Part shown: positions 25,718 through 38,407 of the stretch, piece by piece
Numbering within the stretch: the stretch's first letter is position 1
Layout: each line of letters opens with the position of its first letter
Assembly: GCA_951406725.2 (NCBI GenBank)
Contig: OX597816.1
Location: 124,000,001-124,064,000, forward strand
Direction of reading: 5' to 3'
DNA from: Octopus vulgaris
Taxonomy: Eukaryota
Length of the DNA: 64,000 bases
Position numbers and translations under genes: made by a program
Notes under the pieces: generated by a model
Seen by the model: the letters and a program-made list of their open reading frames with translations, nothing else
What the model was told of the DNA's origin: nothing
Database searches by the model: none

Positions 25718-26202
25718 GCAACAACAACAACAGCAACAACAACAAAAACAAAAACAACAATATCAGCAGCAGCTGCAGCAACAACAGCAACAACAACAAA
25801 CAAAACAAAAGGCAAACTTTCTGTTAATAATAGCAACATCTATAATAACAAAATAAAAATAATAATAATAATAATAATAATAGTAATAATAATAATGATA
25901 ATAATTACAATAACAATAATCACAATAGTAATAATAATGATAATAGTAATAATTATAATGCTTTTAAATTTTGGCCCAAGGCCAGCAATATCAGGGATGG
26001 GGACTCATCAGTTACATAGACCCATTGCTTAACTGGTACTTATTTTATTGACCCCAAGATGATAAAAGGCAATGTCAACCTCAGCAGCATTTTCAACTCA
26101 GAACATAAAGATGGATGAAATGTTGCTAAGCATTTTGGCCACCGTGCTAACAATTCTACCAGCTCATTGCTTTAATGATAATAATAATAAAAATAAAAAT
26201 AC

Positions 26203-26251
<49 letters not shown>

Positions 26252-26306
26252 GATTTGATTCAGATTTGTTCTTATACCAAGAATAAGAATGAACCTGTGC
26301 CTAATC

Positions 26307-26386
<80 letters not shown>

Positions 26387-26400
26387 TAATAATTATAATA
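25718..26400. repeat. (CAA)n/(TAA)n/(TTA)n tracts surrounding a Meta-like SINE (25965-26170, minus)
   Basis: Direct reading; aactggtacttattttattgaccccaagatgataaaaggcaatgtcaacc. Confidence 0.85.
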
Positions 26401-26559
26401 ATTCTTTCTAATTTTGGTGCCAGGCCATCAAATTTGAGGGGCAGGGAGAAGTTTTTTTTTTATGTTAGCCTCAGTATCTGATTGGTACTGAATGGCTGAA
26501 AGGTAAATTTGATCCAGAGTTGGACTCTGAGCCTAAAGCCAAAAGGTATGCCACTAAGA

Positions 26560-27110
26560 AGTGATAATAATAATAATAATACTTTTCTTATTGGTCTCAA
26601 TACCCACAAAAAAACCGTTTGGGACAATTCAAAGTCAAAGAACAGAGGAGGATTACATAAACAGATACAAACAATAAAAGGAAATGCAATTATTAACTAA
26701 AAATTCTTACAAAGCTCCTCAACAGAAGGAATACCACCCACTGGTGACCAAGCAATCCCATGGATTCTGGGTCACCTTGACCACAAAGCATATTATAGCA
26801 TATGCTCCTATCTCCTCTGTACTTTACAGCCTATAGATCCATGCTTGGAAAAGGTCCATTTACTTAGGTTGTTTGCATTACATTCATCTACCTTCCATCA
26901 GATCTATAGGGAAGCGGTTGGGGAAGAACCTCCCTCTCAACCCTCACCTTCCTTTCCATGTGCAACTAGAAAAAGTCCTTGTGAAGATATTAGTTAGTTG
27001 ATTTTCATTGATGCTCTTAAATGCTGCTAACCCTCCAAAGAATGTGATGGTGGAACTTCCACTGTCTGCATAATCTAACTAGTTACACAGTCAGTGGCAA
27101 CATTTTTCAG
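26560..27110 (-). mobile_element. Possible L1/Tx1-type LINE 3' end
   Basis: Resembles recalled octopus LINE 3' ends and abuts a (TAA)n tract; no clear protein motif. Confidence 0.3.
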
Positions 27111-27204
27111 AATTGTACTATCTGAAAATCACCAACCAAATGACTCTGTACATTGCACTGTTGCTGATTAAAATCACTGAATTGATGTTCAATTCTGATT
27201 CAAC

Positions 27205-27412
27205 TCTTTCTTTTACTCTCTTTTACTTGTTTCAGTCATTTGACTGTGGCCATGCTGGAGCACCGCCTTTAGTAGAGCACATCGATCCCAGGACTTATTC
27301 TTTGTAAGCCTAGTACTTATTCTATCGGTCTCTTTTGCTGAACCACTAAGTAGTAGGGATGTAAACACACCACCATCGGTTGTCAAGCGATGTTGGGAGG
27401 ACAAACACATAA
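27205..27412 (-). mobile_element. Family A SINE, 3' half
   Basis: ttttacttgtttcagtcatttgactgtggccatgctggagcaccgcc..ggacttattctttgtaagcctagtac. Confidence 0.9.
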
Positions 27413-27419
27413 ACCCTTT

Positions 27420-30280
27420 AGCAGTGTCTGGTTTGAGAAACTTTTAACAGTGTTGTCCTCCAAAATGTTCCCTCTTTCATTTTGGGTATCTCTTGCAAGA
27501 CTTTCCCATTGCAGCATGTACTGATAATGTTCCCTTCAATCTAAATTCTATGAACTCTAGTATGGCTGAAGATTAGGCTTATATTTCCAAATTTTCTTCA
27601 TTCTACATTAAAGTATAATTAATTAACATTTCATGACTTACTATTGCCAAATATATTACCAGTGACATTATCATCTGTTTTTATTTTATTTTATTTTTTA
27701 TGCAGAGCATGTCCCTAGATATTTTTAACTTGTCCTTCTTTCAAATTATTACACTACACTATGTTTATTCACAAAGATATCTACCTTTCAAGTTATCTTT
27801 GGTAAAGTCTTCTTTACTGAAAAGGCCAGATAAGACTAAAATATGTCCAGAGTTTTCCCACACAGCTGAAATTATCCCACATTCTACTTTAAATTAATCA
27901 ATATTTCGATGTTATTGTGCTTACATTTTTGATCAGAATTGATCATTAATCAAATGGTTCATTCTCTTCACCACAAATGTGATTTTAATTTATGAAAATT
28001 TCCATACCCACATCATTTGATATATTAGCATCAACCTCACTATACATTAATGACCTACATATTATATCATATCTTATACTCTCCTGTGCAGATGATACCA
28101 GCTCTTACTCCACCTTAACCTTCTGCATACAAATTATCATTGTCATATTGTGAAGAAATTTCAAACCAGACATGCATTGCTTACATCAATGGTGATTCTG
28201 TAATCATACCAGGCTGAATCAAAAGTTTTTTTGATTTTCCATGATGAATTTTGGCAACTTTTATCTCCATGTTCCATCATTAATTTGATACAACTTATCC
28301 AATTGTTGCTGAATTGTTTATTTTAATATTTTCATAAATAACCTATAAACATTAATTGTTTATTTTTTAATTCACAGCTTTGATAATAACTGGTGGAAAA
28401 AATTGCAAATGGAATCACTTTATGCTACCTATGGAGAAAAGAACTAAGTGCAAGGGTAACAGCAAAAGAAGTTAATGATGTGGAAGGCCCAGGAACTGTC
28501 AACAATTATGTGGCACAAAACTGGTTCATACATTTCAAGGAAGGTGACACCAGCCTCAAAGACAAACCAAGGTCAGGATCTTGTGTTGTGGAAGATGAGA
28601 CCTTTCTTGAAATGGTTAAACACCAGCCAAGCACAAGTGCACATACATTGTTGGCAGAACTTTGTCATTTACAAAGCAGCACCAGTCAACACCTCCATAA
28701 GCAGGCCCTTGTGCAGAGACACTGTCAAGAGGTTCCTCATGAACTGACCAATGACCAAGCTCATTGTCGGAACATTTGCAGACAGTTGGCAAATCCTTGA
28801 GATGCCTGGTTTTGGCATTGAATAATAACTGAGGATGAAAAACAGATCTATTTTTGTAATCCTAATAAGAGAAATCAGTGTTTTCATTCTGGCCAAGCTT
28901 CACTACCAGTTGTCAAATCAGGGCAGTTTCAACTGGCAGTCATGTTGTGTGATTTGATGGAATTTTGAATGGATATTGTACTTTGAGCTTATCCCAGATG
29001 GTCGTGCTGTGGATGCTAACCTTTATGCTCAACACCTGCAGTGAGTATTATACCTTAAAAAGCTGATACTTGGCAGTGGTCAATCAAAAAGACATGCACT
29101 CTTACAACATAACAATTCCCTAGCATGCACTGCTAATGTGACCAAGTGCTACCTCACCCTGCCTACAGTCCAGACCTTACACCATCAAATTACTACCTGT
29201 TCCAAGCATGGTTCATTTTCTTCACAAATTGAGGTTCAACAATATGGATGAGGTTGAAAATGAGTGCAGGAAGCTTTTTACCTCTAAACCAGCAAAATGG
29301 TATAAACATGAAATTGCGGTTCTAGCACAACAAATTGCCACATACATCTTCAGAATATATTTTGATGAATAAATGTTTTTCATATGTAATTTGTTTTGAC
29401 TACGAAATAAAGCTTGAGACATGAAAAAACTTTTGACTCAACCTGGTACTGTAATGAGAACATAATTATCTCACTCATCAGCATAAAGATAATTATGCTT
29501 GATAAGTTCCCTACATCTGATCTATACACAACCAAAACCTTCAAGATTACAATGAATGTTAGATCTTACAGACTCTCATAAACTCCCAAGGCAACCTTAC
29601 ATATATCATTGTCAAAACAGCACCACAGAGACTATGCTTTCTCTCAGTACCAGAAAAGACTTTAATCCTAATTAATAACTGAAGCTCTGAGCAACTAAGC
29701 AGGATTGCTAGCTTCATTCGTTGGGCAGCAGCTATTGTAGTGAAACCCCTTTAAACAGTATAGTTGATTAAATTAACTGTAATACTCATTTAAGTCTGTT
29801 AATTATCTTGTAGAACTCTTTTTATTAAGTAACTAAGTTTCCTAATTACTCATATATCAAAAACTGTGTTGCTACTACATATACAAACATTGTAGGCTAC
29901 ATTTAATAACAGAAACCTAGTTAAATCTTAGATAAAGCTCAGATATGTTTCGACCAAAGATTGGTCCAGGCCATGTCTAACTTAAAAGTTAATTGACAAA
30001 ATTGACCATAACACTGAAACAACAGATGAGCTGCTTTTTCCTTCAGCCTCTTCTACTGTTAGGACGATGACTCTACTCTTCTGGACTACCAAACTACTGT
30101 TACATACATCTCTACCTTGGCCCAGCTTTTGTACAGGGCTTGCTTCTGCTCTTCACCTCTACCATGTCACATTTCTCTAACTTCACACTAAGCACTTTTC
30201 TCCAGTGTATCATCTTTCAGCATAAATCTTCTGTGAAAAATGTTAATGTCACCACAACTTATTTCTCCCTACCTGCAAAT
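27420..30280 (+). mobile_element. Highly decayed CR1/Jockey-like LINE RT region interrupted by a mariner
   Basis: LYINDL..ILSCADDTS (YADD region) at ~28040-28105; IVKTAPQRLCFL (cf. IAKTASQKLGFL) at ~29608. Confidence 0.5.
28207..29448 (+). mobile_element. Full-length but inactive mariner transposon (D,D34D)
   Basis: TIRs taccaggctgaatcaaaagtttttt / aaaaaacttttgactcaacctggta with TA at both ends; ~1.24 kb; motifs KDKPRSG, EVPHELT, ITEDEKQ, HPAYSPDLTPSNYYLF; stops and frameshifts. Confidence 0.95.
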
Positions 30281-30389
30281 ATAAGGTTTTAATCATATGT
30301 TCGAAATCATATGTTTAATATGGTAAAGGTGTTGTTTAGATCCTGATCAGCACTAGTTGAGCAGATCTTTGATCACCATCACCATTCCT

Positions 30390-30695
30390 TAATTGGGCCT
30401 CACAGAGGCGACAAGTGACTGAGATGTTTGGTGATATGCTATGCTTGAGAAGACTCACCAAGCCAAGTGAAATCAAAGTTGTGGTCATTGCCGGTGTCAT
30501 GTAAATAGCTCCAGTGCCAGTGTCACATAGAAAGCACCTTTTCTACTCTTGGTGTGGTTGGTGTTAGGAAGGGCTTCCAGCCATAGAAGCCATGCCAAAT
30601 CAGATTGGAACCTGGTGCAGCTCTCCAGCTTACAAGGTCCTATCAAACCATCAACCAGCATAGAAAGCAGAGATTAAATGATAATGATGATGATA
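30390..30695 (+). mobile_element. SINE with RTE-type 3' end
   Basis: gtggttggtgttaggaagggcttccagccatagaa..attaaatgataatgatgatgat. Confidence 0.8.
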
Positions 30696-32000
30696 GTATG
30701 CCAAAGACTATGTTACCTAGTGTACTGAGGTGTTATTTTACAGAGATTTGACTGCTATTTCTAGCAGGTTTATCTACCACATAGAGACTTCCTTATTCAT
30801 TCATGTAGCAACATTTTGTTTTTAAGGTACAATGTTGGAGTATATTTTTAAAAAAAATGATCCGAAATTAATAAATTCTAATTAATAATTTCAGTGTTGC
30901 TCTAAAAATAATTTTTTGATTATAACCTCTTGTGGAAACATATTTGGCATCCATAATTATCAGATGATTGACCTTGTTAGATTTTTTGTTTTGCCATCAC
31001 TGCGTAGCATTCAGAACTATGTGTATTCCCTCAGTCAAGCTGCTTAGAGACCAGTTAATATCCAAAACAAATCACCAAGCAGTGCACATTTGATAATTAT
31101 GTTCAAACAAAGTAACATAATATGCCATAGGAAATATTAATTAAATAATTTTATTTTACTACTATTATTATTTTTGTAACCATTTTATGTTTTAAAGTAC
31201 ATTGGATTGTTTATACCCACTATTTTCTATGACTTTGGTTGATGGATTTCTATTATTTTTTTTGTAGCGTACAAGATGGAAAAAGGCTACCACTTAGCTC
31301 CAAGCTCAACCTTCCTTCATTCCTGGAAGAAAATGGGTAATAGAACAATGAGTATTTTTCTCCCATGGTCCTCACAAAGCATAGCAGAGCTATTTCAGAG
31401 AGGAAGACAGAGAAAGAGAAAGGAAGAAAATCAACATCCAGTAATTGGTAATTTATTCACTGACTCTGGAGAGAAGAAAGAATAATCTTCATCTTCACAT
31501 TTTATGAGCTCAAAAAGCAAAAAGCTGGATCAATTATCACAAGGTATTTGCTGTTTAATGCTCTAATGATCCTGCCAATTATCTACACTGAATAATACTA
31601 TCTTTCATTTTATCTTGTACTTGTTTCAATCTTTGGACAGTGGTCATGCTGGAGCAGCACCTTGGAAAGTTTTAGTCAAATGAATCAACCCATTACTAAA
31701 TTGTTTTCGTAAGCCTGGTGATTTTTCTATTGGTCATTTTTGCTGAACTTCTAAGTTGCATAGATGTAAAAAAACCAATACTAGTTGCCAAGTGAGGGAC
31801 AAGCACAAAGACATACACATTGATATGTGCATATAAAAATATAGACACACACACATTATCTGTAGAAAGCATAAATCCCAAACAAGAAGTACTAAGAGGT
31901 CTTGGGCCAACAACAGGTTTTAGGATTAATGATATGCCATAAAGCTAAACCCATTATGGACGGGAAACCTAAGGTAATTCCATAAACCACTGACCTTCCC

Positions 32001-32034
<34 letters not shown>

Positions 32035-32036
<2 letters not shown>

Positions 32037-32630
32037 AAATAAGCAACAAGGATATCCAGAAGTAATGCAGTACGATCGTTTCATGCGACTCCATTTAATT
32101 GAACAATGCCAATATTACATCAGTTTTAAAATGTAGAGCAATCTTCAGCTCTAGATAGATTCTAGTTTCCATTAGACTTGATAAAATAGTCTATAAAATT
32201 AGAACTACCCTCCGCCAGTAGTAAATCTAAACAACAAAGTAAAATAAATGATAAGCATTGTCTTCCTGTGAAAAAATATCAGTTACAACTATGATGTTGT
32301 TGATGAAACATGTCCTTTGTCTATCTACTTATCCTCTTTGTGATTTTGGTTAATGGAATAACTATACAAATGAATCCTTTGAATTTAACTAAATTCTATA
32401 TTTTTATGCAGCTGAAGATTGCTCTACATTTTAAAACTGATGTAATATTTGCATTGTTCAATTAAATGGAGTTGCATGAAACGATCATACTGCATTACCT
32501 CTGGATATCCTTGCTGCTTATTTTGGTTGTAATCACTCAATTTTGAATTATATGGATTATACCATACTAAAGTTTGGTGCCTTTAACTTAAGTACCAAAT
32601 TCATCTGAATCTAAATTTTACTGAATTTAC
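32035..32630. mobile_element. Non-coding fold-back element with hammerhead motif, flanked by (TA)n
   Basis: ~115-bp inverted arms 32035-32150 and 32410-32525 with few mismatches; (TA)n on both sides. Confidence 0.85.
32404..32497 (+). ncRNA. Minimal type I hammerhead ribozyme motif (stem III closing pair mutated in this arm)
   Basis: atgcag-CTGAAGA(32412-32418)-long stem II-GAAA(32478-32481)-cgatca-TA-ctgcat; 6-bp stem I; the opposite arm retains GAAA-cgatcg-TA. Confidence 0.65.
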
Positions 32631-33667
32631 ATATATATATATATATTTGTGTGTGTGTAATTATATATATGTGCATATATATATATTATTAATAAATTAT
32701 TAATAGTTAGGGAATATAATAATTCCAAGCCAACAGGAAAAAAATTCAATTTAGCACACTAAATCAAAAATTATACACACACACACAAACATGATGAGCT
32801 TCTTTCAGTTTCTCTCTACCAAATCCAATCACTATGTTTTTGTCAGCCTGGGGTCAGAGAACAAGACACTTGACCAAGTTACCATGCTGTGGAACTAAAC
32901 TAAGAACCATGTTAGTGGGAAACAACCTTCTAACTTCACAGCAATGCCCATGCCAATATAAAAACGTACTTCTCATTTTTTTTGGTAAAAAATTTTATTT
33001 CCTTTGAATTAATTTTGAAAAATCTTGCCTCTCACAATATAGAAACATTTCTCATGGCTCCAGTACATATGCATATTTTGTAGAATTAATTAATTTGCAT
33101 TCTTTCTAGTGTGTTACATGACATTCTACATTCGCTGTATGCTTATTCTCAATGGTTTATTTATAGTAAATAAGATTTGTGGGTGTACATGTGGTTTTAT
33201 TGCTAAGATACTTCACAGCTATATAGCGTTAGTTCCAGTCTGACTGTGCAGTTCTTTGGAGAAGTGTCTTCTAGCATAACCTGCCAATCATCCACACTAA
33301 TAAACCCATACAAAATCATTTTTATAGTTTCTGTAAAATAATTTTGCACTTTTTGTAAGCTAACTGACTCTGAGCACTTTAATTTTTTCACAGTGAATGT
33401 ACTGGCTGCCTCAAACACTTTGCACAGAACATCCTCAGAGGAACCATGTAGATTGATTACCACAACACAGACAGTGACTACTGATACCTCATGGCTCCCA
33501 ACCTCAATTAGTGAAATTTTATTTCGAAAATCTCTGCAGCAGCCTCTTGGAGAACTTTCTGGCTATCAAACTCCACTCATATGTTTTGTAGTGGTAGATT
33601 TGTTCTCACTCACAGTTTAACACCATTACCTGGCATTTGGCTGTGTTTAACAGAGTTCCCTCTATAG

Positions 33668-34164
33668 CAATGGTTCCAAACCACTTTTTGCCTATGGACC
33701 CCTTTGATTCCTGTTTTACTCTACTGGAACCTCATAGCCATTTGATGTTTAAAAAAGTCTTATATTAATATAAATAAATCTTATGAATTGTACAAAAAAA
33801 ATTGTTGAAATATCTTGTGTTGTAGAAGTAATTCAATTTATTACATGTAAATTTTAACAGCAAAATTTTATGTGGACCCCCCCATCCCAGGCCAGGTGGA
33901 CCCCCAAGGCCCATGTGAACTCCCAAGGCCGAAATGGACTCCCAAGGCCCATGTGAACCCCTAAGGCTCATATGGACCCCCAAGGCCCATGTGGACTCCC
34001 AAAGCCCATGTGGATTCCCAAGGGCCATGTGGACCCACAAGTCCGATATGGACCCCCTAGGCCCATGTGGACTCCCAAATCCCATGTGGACCTCAAGGTC
34101 AAAGTGGACCCCAAAGCCTAAATGGACTTTCAAAGGAACATGTGGACCCCAGTGAGAACCTTTG
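33668..34164. mobile_element. hAT (Charlie-like) MITE containing a 20-bp minisatellite
   Basis: Ends caatggttccaaacc / gtgagaacctttg; 8-bp TSD ctctatag (33660-33667) / ctctacag (34165-34172); ggcccatgtggactcccaa-type units at 33870-34150. Confidence 0.85.
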
Positions 34165-34351
34165 CTCTACAGCAAACAAGTCAACCAGATCATTGGTGTG
34201 TGACATTGTATCCCCTTTCTTTCTCACAACAGTCTTAGAGATCCTGCAAATGACCACAAATGCTGCCCTTCCTACACTGATTTAACCATTTCACAAGATT
34301 TTTTTAAAAGATACTGTATGGCCTTACGTCAGTTCTGATCAAGCAGACTTA

Positions 34352-34750
34352 TGCAGACGTGGCTGTGTGGTAGAAGCTTACTTCCCAACCACATGGTTCT
34401 GAGTTCAGTCTCACAGTGTGGCATCTTGGGTAAGTGTCTTCTACTATAGCCTTGGGATGACCAAAGCCTTGTGAGTGGATTTGATAGATGGAAACTGAAG
34501 GAAGCCTGTCATATATATGTATGTATTTGTGTGTTTGTGTCTGTATTTATCCCAACCACATCGCTTGACAACCGATGTTGGTGTGTTTATGTTCCTGTAA
34601 CTTAGCAGTTCGGCACAAGAGAATGATAGAATAAGTACTAGGCTTCCAAAGAATAAGTCTGGGGTTGATTTCTTTGATTAAAACCCCTTAAAGTGGGGTT
34701 CCAGCATGGCCGCAGTCAAATGACTGAAACAAGTAAAAGAATAAAAGAAA
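34352..34750 (+). mobile_element. Family A SINE, full length
   Basis: cgtggctgtgtggtagaagcttacttcccaaccacatggttctgagttcagtc...tgactgaaacaagtaaaagaataaaag. Confidence 0.92.
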
Positions 34751-35349
34751 GAATATAAGAATATAGTGTATTTAGAACATTTTCCTTCCCTTTGTTTTTT
34801 TAAAGAGCAAGGTGTCACTGGATAGAAATTTTACTGCTATTTCTAATAAGGTAACTGTCTGCACAGAGACTTCCTCTTTAGCTTCCACTATACAAGGTTT
34901 ATAATTATGTTGACTGGATCATGAAAAATTAATTATCCTTTAACGATGACATATTGCCAATATCAAATATGAACCATTGCCATATTGTTAACCAATATTC
35001 ATCCTAGCATCTTCTCATCAGCATTGGCTTCCATGCAAAAATAAATGTAAATATTGCTTAATGCAAGTAAAACAATAATAAAAGTTAAAATGACAAATTT
35101 TTATTTTCAAATCACCCAACATATACATATTTGATTTCATATCAGCCTCTCTCTTTCTGCTGCCTCTCTCTTGTACCTTCTCTCACTTCCCCTCCCTATC
35201 TTCCCGCTTTTTTCTTCTCTCTCTTCCCCATCTCCCTTCTCTCTTCTCCCGTTTCTCTCAAATACTCTCTCTAAACACAATCTCTCTCTCTCTCTCTAAA
35301 TACTTTCTCTCAAACACTCTCTCTTTCTCTTCTCCACTCCTTCTCTGCC

Positions 35350-35605
<256 letters not shown>

Positions 35606-35961
35606 TCTTTCTTTCTCTCACAATAATACAAATACCTGTCATATAGGTGGGTATTCCCAGTCAGCTTAAACACTTTTCTTCCCCCAAAAAACAGTAAAAA
35701 GGGGTAAAAAAAAAGCAAACAAACTAAACTGGTTTCATACTTTTAGAAGAGAAATTATTATTATTGTTATTAAAGAACTCAGGACTTTTTATGATTACAA
35801 AGCTTTTTTCTGTATAGTATAGACAGAATGTATATCTCTTTTAAGGTCATCTTTTTCTGGTAATCATATATTTGTTGTATACATCTATGAAAACATATTC
35901 TATTTACTGGCCAATTCAAAGATGTGGGAATTCTTGATGACAGAAGTGGCAAGCACGCATA

Positions 35962-35962
35962 C

Positions 35963-35993
<31 letters not shown>

Positions 35994-36049
35994 TGTATGT
36001 ATGTATGTATGTATGTATGTATGTATGTATGTATGTATGTATGTATGTA

Positions 36050-36107
<58 letters not shown>

Positions 36108-36172
36108 TGTATGTATATATGAATGTGTGTGTATGTAAGTATTTGTGTACGTAACTATGTATGTGCGTGTAT

Positions 36173-36213
<41 letters not shown>

Positions 36214-36310
36214 CACACACCCATGCCAGCATGGACAACAGGCGCTAAATGATGATAATGAAGATGATGATATAAATATATTATAAATATGTAGAAATAT
36301 ATAATATATA

Positions 36311-36348
<38 letters not shown>

Positions 36349-36392
36349 GTATATATACATATGTTTCTATATATTATATCTATCTATCTATT

Positions 36393-36424
<32 letters not shown>

Positions 36425-36567
36425 TATATTGTGTGTATATATATATATATATATGTGCGTATATATATGTATGTATATATATATGTATGTATATATATAT
36501 GTATATATATATGTATATATATATATGTATGTATATATATATATATGTATGTATATATATATATGTG

Positions 36568-36650
<83 letters not shown>

Positions 36651-36661
36651 GTATATATATG

Positions 36662-36692
<31 letters not shown>

Positions 36693-36693
36693 G

Positions 36694-36728
<35 letters not shown>

Positions 36729-37263
36729 TCTGTGTATATATATGTATATATATATATGTATGTATATATATGTATATATATATATATATCATCATCATCA
36801 TCATATATCTGTGTATATATATGTATATATATATATGTATGTATATATATATGTGTATATATATATGCGTATATGTATATATATATGTATGTATATATAT
36901 ATGTATATATATATATCATCATCATCATCATCATCATCGTTTAGCGTCCGTTTTCCATGCTAGCATGGGTTGGACGGGTCAACTGGGGTCTGTGAAGCTG
37001 GAAGGCTTCGTCAGGCCCAGTCAGATCTGGCAGTGTTTCTACGGCTGGATGCCCTTCCTAACGCCAACCACTCCGCGAGTGTAGTGGGTGTTTTTTACGT
37101 GCCACCTGCACAGGTGCCAGACAGAGCTGGCGAACGGCCATGAACGGATGGTGCTTTTACGTGTCACCGGCACGGGGCCAGGCGATGCTGGCAACGGACA
37201 CGAACGGATGGTGCTTTTATGTATATATATGTATATATATATGTATATATATATATGTATATA

Positions 37264-37352
<89 letters not shown>
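35962..37352. repeat. Large compound (TATG)n/(TG)n/(TA)n microsatellite field
   Basis: Direct reading; contains the SINE at 36915-37220. Confidence 0.95.
36915..37220 (-). mobile_element. Young SINE with RTE-type 3' end inserted in (TA)n
   Basis: (CAT)n-cgtttagcgtccgttttccatgctagcatggg..ggctggatgcccttcctaacgccaacc; CpG-rich. Confidence 0.92.
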
Positions 37353-37353
<1 letters not shown>

Positions 37354-38325
37354 TGCACTGACATTGACATTTACATATGTATATCATTTCTTATGATTAT
37401 TTTTAGAGACTACAAATACAAATCTAAAGGGTAAACAAAATTGATAAGCTAAGAAATCACTTGGGTATAAAAATATAAAAGTATATAAACACATAGAAAC
37501 AGTCACCATTGAAATGTGTACACGCACATAACAACACACTTACACACGCATGCACACACCCATATACGTCCACACATAGAAACACAAACACTCACAGACG
37601 CACACAGACCCACACACATACACATCAACAGGGAATTTGGAAAGAAAGTGATTCTTAAATGTGAGAGATTTCTTTTCTTATACATCCAGAGAGAAGTAAA
37701 TCAAAGCATGACAACACATAGAGCGTAACTCTCAAAGAAAACTTCTTTTACTTACTTACAAAGTACTAAGTTATTAGTTCTGACTAGTAGAACAAGTGTT
37801 TGTTTATGACTTTTTTGGTTGTCTGTATAAACACACATTCACACATACATATATATATCTATCTAGCTATTTATCTATCTATCACTCTCTCTCTCTCTCT
37901 CGCTATCTACATATATACATACATATATTATGTACATATGGTTGTGTGGTGTATGTACAAAACAGGTAAGTAAATGACATATTCTTCTACTAGATATCTG
38001 CAGGGTTCAGTGTATGTAGTTTTGTATTTTCTCTGTTTTTTTGGGGTTTTTTTGGTTGGAATTTTAGAAGTAATTGTGACCAACCACTTTCTCAGCCACA
38101 GTAATGTTGTAAAGATATTAAAAGAATCAGACTATAAAAAAAATTTATAAATGTTAGGAATATACAGGTGTACAAGTATGTTTATATATACATATATATA
38201 TATATATTGATAGATACATGCATTCACATATATATATATATGTATACGTATATATACATACATATATATATATATATATAGATAGATAGATACATGTATA
38301 CATATATATGTTTGTATATATACAT

Positions 38326-38356
<31 letters not shown>

Positions 38357-38361
38357 CATAC

Positions 38362-38407
<46 letters not shown>

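Larger units (their letters stand above)
31600..32955 (-). mobile_element. Family A SINE split by stacked insertions (3' part 31600-31825, 5' part 32790-32955)
   Basis: Both halves are colinear with the family A reverse complement. Confidence 0.75.

Noticed and set aside
33870-34150. CRISPR-like or collagen-like repeat ORFs (GPCG../LGVHM..)
   Set aside because: A 20-bp tandem unit is not a multiple of 3, has no spacers and sits within a MITE
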